Below, piece by piece: positions 42,284 through 52,458 of a DNA stretch of 64,000 nucleotides. Where the stretch lies: sequence record MW218148.1; one strand, 5' to 3'. The position numbers and the translations under genes were made by a program. How positions within the stretch are numbered: the first letter of the stretch is position 1; each line of letters begins with the position of its first letter. The notes under the pieces were generated by a model, which saw only the letters and a program-made list of their open reading frames with translations, made no database searches and was not told the origin of the DNA.

Positions 42284-43206
42284 GACTTAAATATTTTTTA
42301 AAGAATAAAGGTAAACAAGAAAATCATGTAACAAATCATTTGGAAGAAGAGAAATGGTATTTATATCTAATAGATAATGTAGAAGAAGTAAATGTTAAAT
42401 ATAATACTATTATAAGATTAGATAACGGATTTAGAGTATCTGTAACTTGCGACATCATTGATGTAAAGGCAACAAATCTTGGACCTATTTTTAATGAATT
42501 TGATGTAAATGGCGATGTATATATTCTACAATCTAAAGTCAAATATTATTTCAACAATGAAGAATTTCTTGAAACTATTATTAGTTATGATGCAGACAGT
42601 ATTGACAGTTATGAAAAATGGATTACATTTTGTAAGGAAAATATTCCTTATGAAGTAAGAAGTTCTTTAAATGAAAAATTAAATAAGATTAGTAATGATG
42701 AGTTTAATATTAATAATTTATTAATTGAAATTAAATCTGAAAGAGATAAAACTTTACTTTTAAATTCTGAGAAAGAAAAAGAAATTACAAATAAGATAAA
42801 GAATAATGTGAATAGTGCTATTTTACCTATCATTTCTAAAGAAATAAATGGTAATCTTGAAGAATTAGTCGATAAATCATACGATCAGTTTTCAGATAAA
42901 TTTGAATTCAGAATATATAATCATTTACAAAATCATAATGAATTGAATTCTTCAGTTAAAATTTGTAATAGATTATTAAAAGAATACTTCACTTTAACTG
43001 GTAATAAAAGAATTAAAATAGCTACTGAATTTAAATCTTTTAAAGAAGTAAATGTGTTTCATACTTCAGATGGCAATGACCATCTTTATTTAGGATTTAA
43101 ATTAAATGGTAAAACAGTAATTATTTCTATTTATGAAAATAATTTTAATGATCAATTAAATATTGTGACCGTTCATAATATTGAAGATTTATTACCAATA
43201 AAATAA
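42280..43206 (+). CDS. Hypothetical protein
   Basis: 308 aa, ATGA overlap with the upstream gene. Confidence 0.75.
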   Translation: MRLKYFLKNKGKQENHVTNHLEEEKWYLYLIDNVEEVNVKYNTIIRLDNGFRVSVTCDIIDVKATNLGPIFNEFDVNGDVYILQSKVKYYFNNEEFLETIISYDADSIDSYEKWITFCKENIPYEVRSSLNEKLNKISNDEFNINNLLIEIKSERDKTLLLNSEKEKEITNKIKNNVNSAILPIISKEINGNLEELVDKSYDQFSDKFEFRIYNHLQNHNELNSSVKICNRLLKEYFTLTGNKRIKIATEFKSFKEVNVFHTSDGNDHLYLGFKLNGKTVIISIYENNFNDQLNIVTVHNIEDLLPIK

Positions 43207-43231
43207 TATTTAGCTAGGAGGTGAATAAGAT

Positions 43232-43480
43232 ATGGAGTCTATATTTTTCTTATTCGTATTTCTATTTATACTATCTTTAATAATACTTTTTGGAATTTTA
43301 GCATTCATAGTACCATTGGAAATGCTTGACGCATTATCTGATATTGAAAGAGCTGATCATTATACTATAAATGAAAAAATCTTTCAAGTCATTGTACTTA
43401 TTTTAGGATTTCCGTTTTTCGGCGTTTTAACAGTGTTATTGTTTTATTTCAATTTTGCGTTTATCATGTACAAAATATAA
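43232..43480 (+). CDS. Small membrane protein
   Basis: Two TM helices, SD AGGAGGTGA. Confidence 0.7.
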   Translation: MESIFFLFVFLFILSLIILFGILAFIVPLEMLDALSDIERADHYTINEKIFQVIVLILGFPFFGVLTVLLFYFNFAFIMYKI

Positions 43481-43497
43481 TGAAAGGGTGATTTGTA

Positions 43498-43833
43498 ATG
43501 ACAATTTTTATGTTTATATTAATTGGTTTGTTATTTGTAACGTTTTTATGCGGTATTATTCTTATGATTAGAAATCCTATGTTTATTTGGAGAGATGTTG
43601 ACTATGGAACTCATGGCTTTTGGTATAAGAGTTTTATGGGATTCAATATCAAATCTTCTTTAGGGATAATGATTTCTCTAGCGTCAATAGGTTTGTCATA
43701 TTTAATATGGTCTTCGTTTTTCAATGATTCATTTATTGCTATAGTGTCATCTATAATTTTATTGATTATTCTATTAGTAAGTTCTAGATCATCAATATCT
43801 GAATATCATGAAGATAAAAGTAAAATATATTAA
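43498..43833 (+). CDS. Membrane protein
   Basis: Three TM helices; resembles 35571 (MRNP/MLNP...YG.H). Confidence 0.7.
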   Translation: MTIFMFILIGLLFVTFLCGIILMIRNPMFIWRDVDYGTHGFWYKSFMGFNIKSSLGIMISLASIGLSYLIWSSFFNDSFIAIVSSIILLIILLVSSRSSISEYHEDKSKIY

Positions 43834-43863
43834 TAAAGTAAAATAAGGAAGGAGTCAATAATT

Positions 43864-43941
43864 ATGTTATTCATACTACCGTATACGTTAATTTCAATTT
43901 TAGTATTAGGATTAGTAAACTTAGTTTCATATAAAAAATAA
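43864..43941 (+). CDS. Hydrophobic micro-peptide (25 aa, not in ORF track)
   Basis: SD AAGGAAGGAG; MLFILPYTLISILVLGLVNLVSYKK. Confidence 0.45.
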   Translation: MLFILPYTLISILVLGLVNLVSYKK

Positions 43942-43962
43942 AAATAGAAAAGAGGAAATTAC

Positions 43963-44580
43963 ATGCATATAAAAAAATTTAACGAAGCTCAGCTACATTT
44001 TATTTGTAATAAAATAGATATGGGATACAATAATAAAATTATACTATTACTATTTAAGAAAGAGTTTAATTTAGAGACTATATCAACTTATATAACTCAA
44101 GTTAGAAGAGGTCATCAAGGTGAGAGTGTTAGTAAGAATTATAAATTTGCAATTGAAGGAAAATATCCTACTTATTTTGAATGGGTGGATTATTTAATTG
44201 AAAATGATATATACTATGGCACTAAGTTTGAATTATTTGGAGAGATTATTAAGAAGACTATTAGAGATGGAGATTCTTCTTTCATAATTACTAAAAGTAC
44301 TACATTTGATTTATTAGCTTTCTTACAAGAAACTGAAAAAGGATTTAATGTAATTAGATCTATAGATGATTTAAATTTTGATCCAAAATTTCTTAAAAGA
44401 ATTAAATCAATTTGTGAAAGAATGGATGGTATAAATCTAGAAGATAAAGATCCTTATCTAATAATTGATACAGAAAATGATGACAAATATAAAGATATAG
44501 TCAATATATTAATGCAATCAGTCAAAGGTATGGATTCTGTAATAAATTATAATTTGGAGATTTATTATCTTGGATATTAA
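43963..44580 (+). CDS. Hypothetical protein, N-terminus paralogous to 37893
   Basis: 205 aa ORF. Confidence 0.7.
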   Translation: MHIKKFNEAQLHFICNKIDMGYNNKIILLLFKKEFNLETISTYITQVRRGHQGESVSKNYKFAIEGKYPTYFEWVDYLIENDIYYGTKFELFGEIIKKTIRDGDSSFIITKSTTFDLLAFLQETEKGFNVIRSIDDLNFDPKFLKRIKSICERMDGINLEDKDPYLIIDTENDDKYKDIVNILMQSVKGMDSVINYNLEIYYLGY

Positions 44581-44630
44581 AATAAATAGAAAGTCAAATA
44601 AAGTTTTAAATCAAAATATTTAACTAGGAG

Positions 44631-45737
44631 ATGAATTGGATAATGGAAAATAATAAAAACGAATTAATCAAAAGAGAGAATATTGCACCGGAAATTTTTA
44701 AGAAAGCGAATAGTATTGATATACTTGACAAAAAGTCTATCATTGAATACGGTCATGAAGTACAAGATAAATTATCTAAAGAGTCAGATAAAGTATTAAG
44801 AAATATTAAAGAGAATGACTCTAATGATAAAATTAATAAAGTACTAAATGATATGTTAGAAGTGTTTAAATCATATGATCCACAGAACGTTAGTGATGAA
44901 GTTAATAAAGAAGTAGATCAAGGTTTCATGGACAAAATCAAGTCAATGTTTAATAAAAGTAAAGAAAATCTAATTGGTAAAGAATTATCTAAAGTTGACT
45001 CAGCTACAAATAACATGACATTCATTGAGAAGCAATTAAATGAAAGTAGTTCTTCAGTAGACATTATGAATAAAAACTTAGACGATTTAATTAAATCTAA
45101 TAAAGAATATTATGAGAATTTAAATCAATTTATAGAAGCAGCTAAATATAAACAGTTAGATTTGAAAGATGAAATTACAAAAGACGTAGAAAGTGTTAAA
45201 GAAATAGAAGACGCTTATGAGAAACAAAATCAAATTCAATTAGTGTCTGATAAAGAACAAGGATTAGATAATCTTGATAAACGTATCTATGACTTAAGCA
45301 CTTCATTAGCTTTAGCTGAGCAAAATGTATTTGAGTTAGAAATGATTAAGAATATTAACTTAAGTCTTAAAGAGAATATTAATAACTCATTAGTAAACAG
45401 TATCCCTATTTGGAAATCTCAATTGACTAAAGCTGTAGTGTTAATCCAACAGCAACAGTCAATCAAAACAAGTAAAGCTATCAGAGAAGCTACTTCAGAT
45501 ATTTTAATCAGTAACTCTAATATCCTTAAAGATAATGCAGTTCAAATGTATAATGAGTCAAATAGATCATTCATTGATATTGATGTACTTAAAGAAACTC
45601 AGAGAAATATGATTGAAATGACAGAAGATTTGAAACGTATGTCTGAAGAAGCTTATAATGAAAGATTAAGAGGGTACGAAGAACTAAAAGAAATCAAAGA
45701 AGAGAAAAAAGAATTAGATACTAAAGTAGAAATTTAA
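44631..45737 (+). CDS. telA: Toxic anion resistance protein (TelA family)
   Basis: SIIEYGHEVQDKLS, coiled-coil body, NSIPIWKSQL and LISNSNILKDNA typical of TelA; likely start 44643. Confidence 0.8.
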   Translation: MNWIMENNKNELIKRENIAPEIFKKANSIDILDKKSIIEYGHEVQDKLSKESDKVLRNIKENDSNDKINKVLNDMLEVFKSYDPQNVSDEVNKEVDQGFMDKIKSMFNKSKENLIGKELSKVDSATNNMTFIEKQLNESSSSVDIMNKNLDDLIKSNKEYYENLNQFIEAAKYKQLDLKDEITKDVESVKEIEDAYEKQNQIQLVSDKEQGLDNLDKRIYDLSTSLALAEQNVFELEMIKNINLSLKENINNSLVNSIPIWKSQLTKAVVLIQQQQSIKTSKAIREATSDILISNSNILKDNAVQMYNESNRSFIDIDVLKETQRNMIEMTEDLKRMSEEAYNERLRGYEELKEIKEEKKELDTKVEI

Positions 45738-45751
45738 TGGAGGTATAGTTA

Positions 45752-46888
45752 ATGTTGATATATTTATTTTATATTCTTCCAGTAATTATTTTATTTAGTC
45801 TTGGAGTAACCGGGTATTTGATTTACCGAGTGAAAAAATATAATAAATTAACGGAAATGAATAATAATGATGAACTTAAAACAACTGAAGAATTAGTTGA
45901 TCTTGATGAGAATATCCTAATGGATATTCTCAATGATTCTTATAAACTTGAGAATACTTTTGATGGTAAAGAAAGATACTATACCTTACACTATTTATTG
46001 AGTCATCCAGAAATGGAGTTTAATAGAGAAGTGACTAAAAAGATATACAAGGCTAGTATAAACACCATCAGCGGTCTCAAATTAGTTAGTCATAGAAAAA
46101 TATTTGGACTAGACGAAAATAATTTTATGACAAAAGTAGATTTGGATCGTCTATTAGTTTCTATGTATTATGAAGATAAAGAAGGAGGCAAGCAAGATTT
46201 AGAAGTTAAAGATAATATATTACTGAGTAATTTCAGAAAACTATTGGACACGGATCTAGAAGCTTTACCTAAATTAGAAGATTCTAAATATAAAATAAAT
46301 ATCGAAAATGTGAATACAATCTCTCATTATTCACTATTAGGAACTAAAGTTCTAGTAACATTAATACAATCAGAGTCTGAAAACTTAGTAATGTCAATTA
46401 TAGATGAAAAAGAAAACGTATATGTTAAGATAGTAGAAATGAATAAAGATAAGAAAACGATATACTATCCTCTTAGCTTTTTCATTAATGATGATGATGA
46501 AATTAAATTCATGAAAGAGAATAAATACGACATCGATATCAATAATTCAGTGGTATATTTTGATGGAGAACTCAATAATGAAGCTTTAGATTCCAAAATA
46601 CTAAAAGTGTATTATGAAAAAGAAGTAACTGAGAAAGTTCCTTTTAATACTGAAGGGTTACTATATGAAATTGATAATCATCATGAATTAGAAATAAGTG
46701 ATATTCTATTTGATCATAAAGTAAATAGACATCCCGATTCAAACCATTGGTCTAATATGATAGAAACTAACTATATGTTGAATAGAAAAGAGAAAAAGCA
46801 ATTCATTAAAAAACTTCATAATAGACTAGTTGAAGAAAGAAAAATGAATTATATTGAAGAATATAAAGAATATCAAGGAGGTGAGTAA
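45752..46888 (+). CDS. Membrane-anchored hypothetical protein
   Basis: N-terminal TM, 378 aa. Confidence 0.7.
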   Translation: MLIYLFYILPVIILFSLGVTGYLIYRVKKYNKLTEMNNNDELKTTEELVDLDENILMDILNDSYKLENTFDGKERYYTLHYLLSHPEMEFNREVTKKIYKASINTISGLKLVSHRKIFGLDENNFMTKVDLDRLLVSMYYEDKEGGKQDLEVKDNILLSNFRKLLDTDLEALPKLEDSKYKINIENVNTISHYSLLGTKVLVTLIQSESENLVMSIIDEKENVYVKIVEMNKDKKTIYYPLSFFINDDDEIKFMKENKYDIDINNSVVYFDGELNNEALDSKILKVYYEKEVTEKVPFNTEGLLYEIDNHHELEISDILFDHKVNRHPDSNHWSNMIETNYMLNRKEKKQFIKKLHNRLVEERKMNYIEEYKEYQGGE

Positions 46889-46891
46889 GCT

Positions 46892-47560
46892 ATGCCTCTT
46901 TTTATAAATGAATTTTTTCCTGATCGTGACATTAGATATAAAAAGTCTGAAAAAGATAATACTACTTATGGTAGACATATATCTAATATTGATAAAGGAC
47001 ATAGAGAATCCTCGCTTAAATCAATGAGGAATCAAGAGAGATTAAATTTTCCTCGTGGAAATGCTAGATTTGGCCATACTGGTATCGTTAGTAGCGGAAG
47101 TAGTTACTACTTTAATGATCCTTCATATGAATTTGAATGTGAAGAAATAATAGCCGAATTTGAATATGAACAGCAATTAATGGATAGACTAGGTGAAATT
47201 CAAGGAAGATACAAATTCTTTAAAAATAAAAATGAAAGAGAAAAGATGGCTGTAGAAGTATCTGCTTTGTTGTATGTGACTATGATGATTAAGAACGATA
47301 GAAGAGATTATGCACCTAGTGTTGAAGCAGTCATGAAGAGATACTTTAGAGTTAAAGAGTTGTTCAAGAATAAAAAAGAATTACTCAATCCTAACAATAA
47401 ATATACGTTTGAAAAAATATTCACTGAAGCTACATTAACATTTAACTTTAACGCAATTAGATTACCTAATAAATACTCGGTTGTGCCTGAAAAGTACGCT
47501 ATTAAGCATGCAGTACTAAATAACTTTATATTAGACAAAAATCATGACTTCTCCATATAA
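46892..47560 (+). CDS. Hypothetical protein
   Basis: 222 aa, SD GGAGGTGA. Confidence 0.75.
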   Translation: MPLFINEFFPDRDIRYKKSEKDNTTYGRHISNIDKGHRESSLKSMRNQERLNFPRGNARFGHTGIVSSGSSYYFNDPSYEFECEEIIAEFEYEQQLMDRLGEIQGRYKFFKNKNEREKMAVEVSALLYVTMMIKNDRRDYAPSVEAVMKRYFRVKELFKNKKELLNPNNKYTFEKIFTEATLTFNFNAIRLPNKYSVVPEKYAIKHAVLNNFILDKNHDFSI

Positions 47561-47579
47561 CAAAAATTATTAAAAAATC

Positions 47580-47611
47580 AACCTAACTCATTTTTATAAA
47601 TGGGTTAGGTT
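47580..47611 (+). terminator. Intrinsic terminator
   Basis: AACCTAACTCATTT/AAATGGGTTAGGTT followed by a T-rich tract. Confidence 0.7.
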
Positions 47612-47761
47612 ATTTATTTTAATTTTTTTATGAGGTTAAATTATTTTAATACGAGTAGAAAAAACTTTTAATTTTTAAAGAAAATTTCTAGCTTTTCTAT
47701 AAAAATTTTGGTATAATAAATAACGTTACAGTATTAAATAATTTTTGGAGAGTGAATTTTA

Positions 47762-49063
47762 ATGTCAAAATTAACGAGTAAAATTAATGATTTGATTAAA
47801 TCAAATCCATCAGTATATGGTAAAGAAGATAACTACACACCTATGTTTGAGTCTGGAGTAAACTTATTAGACTACAGAAATGGTTTCTTAAACACTGTTA
47901 CTGATGATGAGCGTATTGGTCTTATGGGTGGTAAAGTTACTACATTTATCGGTGGATCAGGTTCAGGTAAAACAACTTTAGCAATTCAAGCAGCAGCTAA
48001 AATCGTAGAGAAGTATGAAAACTCAAGTGTTATTCATTATGACTTTGAGGATGCAACTACAGATGAACGTATTTATCAAGTAACTGGTTGGACTAAAGAA
48101 ATGAAACAAGAGAAATACACTAAACTTAATAAAAAGATTAGTCTAGATTCTGTTGATAGTTTAATTCGTGGTATTCGTGATACTAAATTAGAGAATGAAG
48201 AAGAGTTTACTATTCATACTGATAAGATTGATCCAGAAACTGGAGAGAAAGTATCATTCTTAGCTCCGACAGTAGTAATTGTTGACTCAGTAGCGGCAAT
48301 GGCTTCTAAAGAAATTGATGATAAAGACGGTGAAGGTGGACAAATGAATGCCACTAAACAAGCTAAAGATAATACAACATTCATTAAACGTATTATTGGT
48401 TCATCTACATTAAACTCAGCTAATATTATGCTTATTTTAATTAACCATATTACAACTAAGATTGATATTAACCCATATGCTGCTACTCCAAAAGAACTTA
48501 ACTATCTTAAACAAGGTGAAGCTCTTCCTGGTGGTAAAGCTATTAACTATATGGCAAACAATATGTTTAAAATTTCTCCATCATCAGCATTAGATCCAGA
48601 AGGTAATTCTAATCAAGCTAAATATGGAATTAAAGGTTTTATCAATACAGTTGAAGTAATTAAATCACGTTCAAATGCTGCAGGTGCTAAATTCGATTTA
48701 ATCTTTGAACAAAGAAATGGTTTTAATAATACACTATCTAATTTATTATTCTTACAAAGTGAGAAATTACTTAAAGGTAATCCAAGAGCATATCGTATTG
48801 ATGGTTATGATGATGTTAGTTTTACACTTAAGACATTTAAAGATAAATATGAATCTAATAAAGACTTCCAAGAATACTTTGATAAATATGTAAGATCTAT
48901 TTATAAAGAGAAATTCTTAGCTAATATAGATCATGAGTCTAAATTAGATGATGAAGAATTAGAATTAGTTGAATTAGTTAATAAAGAAGAAGATATCTGG
49001 TTAGGTTCAGATGGTTCTTACTATGATTCTGAAAAGAATAAAATTGAAGTTGAATCAGAATAA
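47762..49063 (+). CDS. recA: RecA/UvsX-like recombinase
   Basis: Walker A GGSGSGKTT, YDFEDA, Walker B VIVDSVAAM, ILINH, PGGKAINY and VIKSR. Confidence 0.9.
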   Translation: MSKLTSKINDLIKSNPSVYGKEDNYTPMFESGVNLLDYRNGFLNTVTDDERIGLMGGKVTTFIGGSGSGKTTLAIQAAAKIVEKYENSSVIHYDFEDATTDERIYQVTGWTKEMKQEKYTKLNKKISLDSVDSLIRGIRDTKLENEEEFTIHTDKIDPETGEKVSFLAPTVVIVDSVAAMASKEIDDKDGEGGQMNATKQAKDNTTFIKRIIGSSTLNSANIMLILINHITTKIDINPYAATPKELNYLKQGEALPGGKAINYMANNMFKISPSSALDPEGNSNQAKYGIKGFINTVEVIKSRSNAAGAKFDLIFEQRNGFNNTLSNLLFLQSEKLLKGNPRAYRIDGYDDVSFTLKTFKDKYESNKDFQEYFDKYVRSIYKEKFLANIDHESKLDDEELELVELVNKEEDIWLGSDGSYYDSEKNKIEVESE

Positions 49064-49128
49064 TGTACTAGAGGGAATTCCAATGATGTTAATTCATCAT
49101 TGGAACCCTTCAATTCAAAATTTTGTTT

Positions 49129-49175
49129 AAATATATATTATATAGATGTGGAATAGTAAGCGCATACTATTCCAT
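49129..49175 (+). promoter_or_regulatory. Putative phage (early-type) promoter plus 5' hairpin
   Basis: AAATATATATTAT followed by TGGAATAGTA-AGCGCA-TACTATTCCA. Confidence 0.65.
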
Positions 49176-49207
49176 AATTATATTTACCATAGGAGAGTGC
49201 AAAGGAT

Positions 49208-51343
49208 ATGACAAAAGAAAAGACACAGAAAATGATAGAGATTGAAGATAAAAGAAGTCACGAATTTTTATCTGAACCTTTATTAATGCCAAATGTTAAT
49301 AGAACAAATGGTAACAGATCTCAAATGTTTACTTCACACATAGGTCAATGTATACAATTAACTGGTGCTGAACCACCTTTAATTCAAACAGGTTTTGAGA
49401 ATCAAGTAGGTAAATATTCAACAGGTTATAAGAAAGCAGATAGAGATTTTGAAGTCATTTATAAGTTTGATAAGAATAAGTATGTCAAATATTACTTGGT
49501 TAAATACAAGGACAATGAAGAATATGACGTAATTATCAGAGAAGAAGCAAATCATCTAGCAGAAAAGTTTGGAAATAAATATAACAACAAAGAAATTGAT
49601 AAACTTAAAGTTGGAGATACAGTAAGAAGAAATACAGTATTATTCAAAGACCAAAACTATGATGAAGATAATAACTTCCAATATGGCACTAATGCAAACT
49701 CAGCATTCTTACCCTTCAAAGGTATGACGAATGAGGACGGAATTGTAGTATCAGAATCATTGGCAGAGAAGATGTCAAGTTATTTTGTAAATGTAATTAA
49801 CATCACTATCAATACAAATGATATCCCACTAAACCTTTATGGAAATGAAGATGAATACAAGTCATTTCCTGACGTTGGAGAAGAAGTTAAAGACGGAATA
49901 TTATGTGCAACACGTAGATTAAATTATGATGAAATTATTCATAAATTTAAAAATGAAATGCTTAATAAAACTTTAGAAGGCGATAATGCTTATAAAGTTC
50001 ACGGTAAAGTTATAGATATTGATGTACTTAATAATGAAGATATCGAAAAACTAGAGAATCAATATTATTCAGAACAATTCTTAAAATACATTAAAGAGTT
50101 AAAACACTTCTATAAGACATTTGTAACTGTTACAGATGATATTGTACGTAAAAAGAAATATAGTAATGATTTAATAAGATTGCATAATAGATTTAAAGGT
50201 TATATTGACGATAAAGCTAAATTAGTTTATGATAATAATCAATTTGATAAAATTATCTTTAGAGTAAAAGTTTTAGAAAAGAAACCTTTAGTTCATGGAT
50301 CGAAAGTATCCACACGCTATGGGGGAAAAGGAGTTATTGCGGACATTATACCTGATGACCAAATGCCTATGATTACTGAGTTTGATGGAGAGAAATTCAC
50401 TGATGAAACTAAAACTCCAATTAATAAGAGAGTAGATCTAATTCACAATAATATGGGTATTATAAATCGTGGTAATCCATCTGCTTTAATTGAGTTAGAA
50501 CTAAATCATGTATCAAATGTAATAAGACATCGTATCAGTAAAATGGAAGATGTTAATCAACAAAAACAATACTTATTAGAGTATATCAAAGATGCAGATA
50601 AAGTATCATATGATAACTATGTAAAACTATTTGATCAATTAGATTTATCAGAAACTCAAGAAGCAATTAATGAAATTGTTAATGAAGGTATTGTCCTTCA
50701 TCAGGCTCCTTTCTTTGATAATATTGATTCTGAGCAATTGAGATATATCTTCAATAAATATAAAATTAAGAAAAATAGATTAGACGTAAGTAATAGAACA
50801 TTTATGGTAGGCGACTTATATCATATGAAACTGAAACATGAACCTAGTGGAAAACTAAGTGCAAAATCATTAGACTTTAATAACTATAGTGGAATACCTA
50901 CAAGAACACCAGATTCTAAAAAGTATTTATCTAAAATAAATAACAATCCCTTGAGAATCGGGGAGATGGAAACATCTAATATGATGATTGGTGGATCAAT
51001 TAAAGCTATAAATCAGTTAACTAATATGTACTCAAATAACCCTGATATGCGTAAGCGTTTATTGGTTGAACTTTATACAGGAAATCCATTTAAGATTAAT
51101 ACAAATATTGAGAAAAGAAATCAAAATAATAATACTAAAGTGCTTAATGCATATTTTAGTCCATTAAATGTTAGTATGACTTTTGATGATCCTAGTGAAG
51201 ATGAATTATTAGATATCATGGATCTAAACGAAGACCAATTGGAATTCTTAATGGAGAAATTTGAAAATGAAGAAGATATTGCAGAATTATCAGCAAAAGA
51301 AATAAATGATATGGTTAAAGAAATTTTAGAAGATAGTAAATAA
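49208..51343 (+). CDS. Phage multisubunit RNA polymerase, beta subunit C-terminal half
   Basis: RSQMFTSHIGQ...PPLIQTGFE, NEDGIVVSESLA, GSKVSTRYGGKGVIADIIPDDQMP, MKLKH and LRIGEMET. Confidence 0.9.
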   Translation: MTKEKTQKMIEIEDKRSHEFLSEPLLMPNVNRTNGNRSQMFTSHIGQCIQLTGAEPPLIQTGFENQVGKYSTGYKKADRDFEVIYKFDKNKYVKYYLVKYKDNEEYDVIIREEANHLAEKFGNKYNNKEIDKLKVGDTVRRNTVLFKDQNYDEDNNFQYGTNANSAFLPFKGMTNEDGIVVSESLAEKMSSYFVNVINITINTNDIPLNLYGNEDEYKSFPDVGEEVKDGILCATRRLNYDEIIHKFKNEMLNKTLEGDNAYKVHGKVIDIDVLNNEDIEKLENQYYSEQFLKYIKELKHFYKTFVTVTDDIVRKKKYSNDLIRLHNRFKGYIDDKAKLVYDNNQFDKIIFRVKVLEKKPLVHGSKVSTRYGGKGVIADIIPDDQMPMITEFDGEKFTDETKTPINKRVDLIHNNMGIINRGNPSALIELELNHVSNVIRHRISKMEDVNQQKQYLLEYIKDADKVSYDNYVKLFDQLDLSETQEAINEIVNEGIVLHQAPFFDNIDSEQLRYIFNKYKIKKNRLDVSNRTFMVGDLYHMKLKHEPSGKLSAKSLDFNNYSGIPTRTPDSKKYLSKINNNPLRIGEMETSNMMIGGSIKAINQLTNMYSNNPDMRKRLLVELYTGNPFKINTNIEKRNQNNNTKVLNAYFSPLNVSMTFDDPSEDELLDIMDLNEDQLEFLMEKFENEEDIAELSAKEINDMVKEILEDSK

Positions 51344-51356
51344 ATAATTATGGACA

Positions 51357-51911
51357 ATGATCAAATTAATGATCATTGTCCTCATATTAAAGAAAGATGG
51401 TGTAATTATGTTTCCAGATGATAAGAAAAGTCTTAATTATATACTTGATAATAATTCTATGCTCTTTAATGGTAATGCTCATAGTAGCTCTTTATCATTT
51501 GAGGATTATATGCGAAGGGAAAGGGATGTTAGTAATATGTTAAAACTTTCAGAATTGACAAGTGGTTATATTGAAGGAGATAAAATTAAAGAATCAAATA
51601 TAAGAATATATACTGAAAACATTGAGTCACCTTTATATAATTACTTCTTGGATGATATTGATACTCTTCCTGTAATTAATTCATTCACTTATAAGAGAGC
51701 AGCTAAAAAGTTCTACAATGAATATAAAGAATATAATGTAAATGATGATAGAAGAATTTTCATTAATATAAATTCTGAATGGAAAGGACTAACTTTAGAT
51801 CAATTCAAAAATTCTTTAGAGAAAGTTTTATTGACTTCATATAAAGAAGAGAATATTAAGAAATTAATTAAAGAGATAAATAATTTAATAGTAAAAGATA
51901 ATTTATCATAA
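51357..51911 (+). CDS. Hypothetical protein
   Basis: The track start lies inside hairpin 51352-51381; the true start is probably ATG ~51408. Confidence 0.65.
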   Translation: MIKLMIIVLILKKDGVIMFPDDKKSLNYILDNNSMLFNGNAHSSSLSFEDYMRRERDVSNMLKLSELTSGYIEGDKIKESNIRIYTENIESPLYNYFLDDIDTLPVINSFTYKRAAKKFYNEYKEYNVNDDRRIFININSEWKGLTLDQFKNSLEKVLLTSYKEENIKKLIKEINNLIVKDNLS

Positions 51912-51929
51912 AAATTTAAATATTCATAT

Positions 51930-51969
51930 AAATATATATTATATAAATGAAGTTCTAGATAAGAATTTC
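51930..51969 (+). promoter_or_regulatory. Putative phage (early-type) promoter plus 5' hairpin
   Basis: AAATATATATTATATAAATGA followed by GAAGTTCT-AGATA-AGAATTTC. Confidence 0.65.
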
Positions 51970-51998
51970 AAATTTTAATTCATAAGGAGAGATTTGAT

Positions 51999-52376
51999 AT
52001 GGTAGAAAAGAATTTAACTTTATTAGTTGATTTTGAAGGTGAAGAATTAAAAGGAATTAGCTTCGTAGATGAAAACAGAGAAGAACTTAGCGAGTTGGAA
52101 TTAGAACCGGGTGATGAGATTGGAATTGACGTATTAAATGCTAAAGATTTTACACCAGCTTACGAAAAGGTAGGATTATTAACAGTTAAAGATAGTGACT
52201 TTGAATCGGGAGTAGAATCTGGATACATCAAATTTGAACATATGTTCAGACCAATGTCTGGTATTTACTTCTATACAGTAACTAAACATCCAATGTCTTT
52301 ATATGTAACTGATAAACATGGTAAAGTAATGGACATGTTAAAAATTAATATAGCTAATTATGAGTACGGTTATTAA
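51999..52376 (+). CDS. Hypothetical protein, paralogue of 39609
   Basis: MVEKNLTLLVDFEGEELKGISF...LEPGD...TKHPMSLYV. Confidence 0.75.
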   Translation: MVEKNLTLLVDFEGEELKGISFVDENREELSELELEPGDEIGIDVLNAKDFTPAYEKVGLLTVKDSDFESGVESGYIKFEHMFRPMSGIYFYTVTKHPMSLYVTDKHGKVMDMLKINIANYEYGY

Positions 52377-52458
52377 TTAAAAAAGGAGGTAATGGCATTA
52401 ATTTGTCATTACCTCATTATTATTTTTATTTTTTATAAATGAGGAGATGAAATAGATA

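Noticed and set aside
48705-48893. 62 aa + strand ORF inside recA
   Set aside because: It is an out-of-frame overlap within a well-conserved gene, with no supporting signals.
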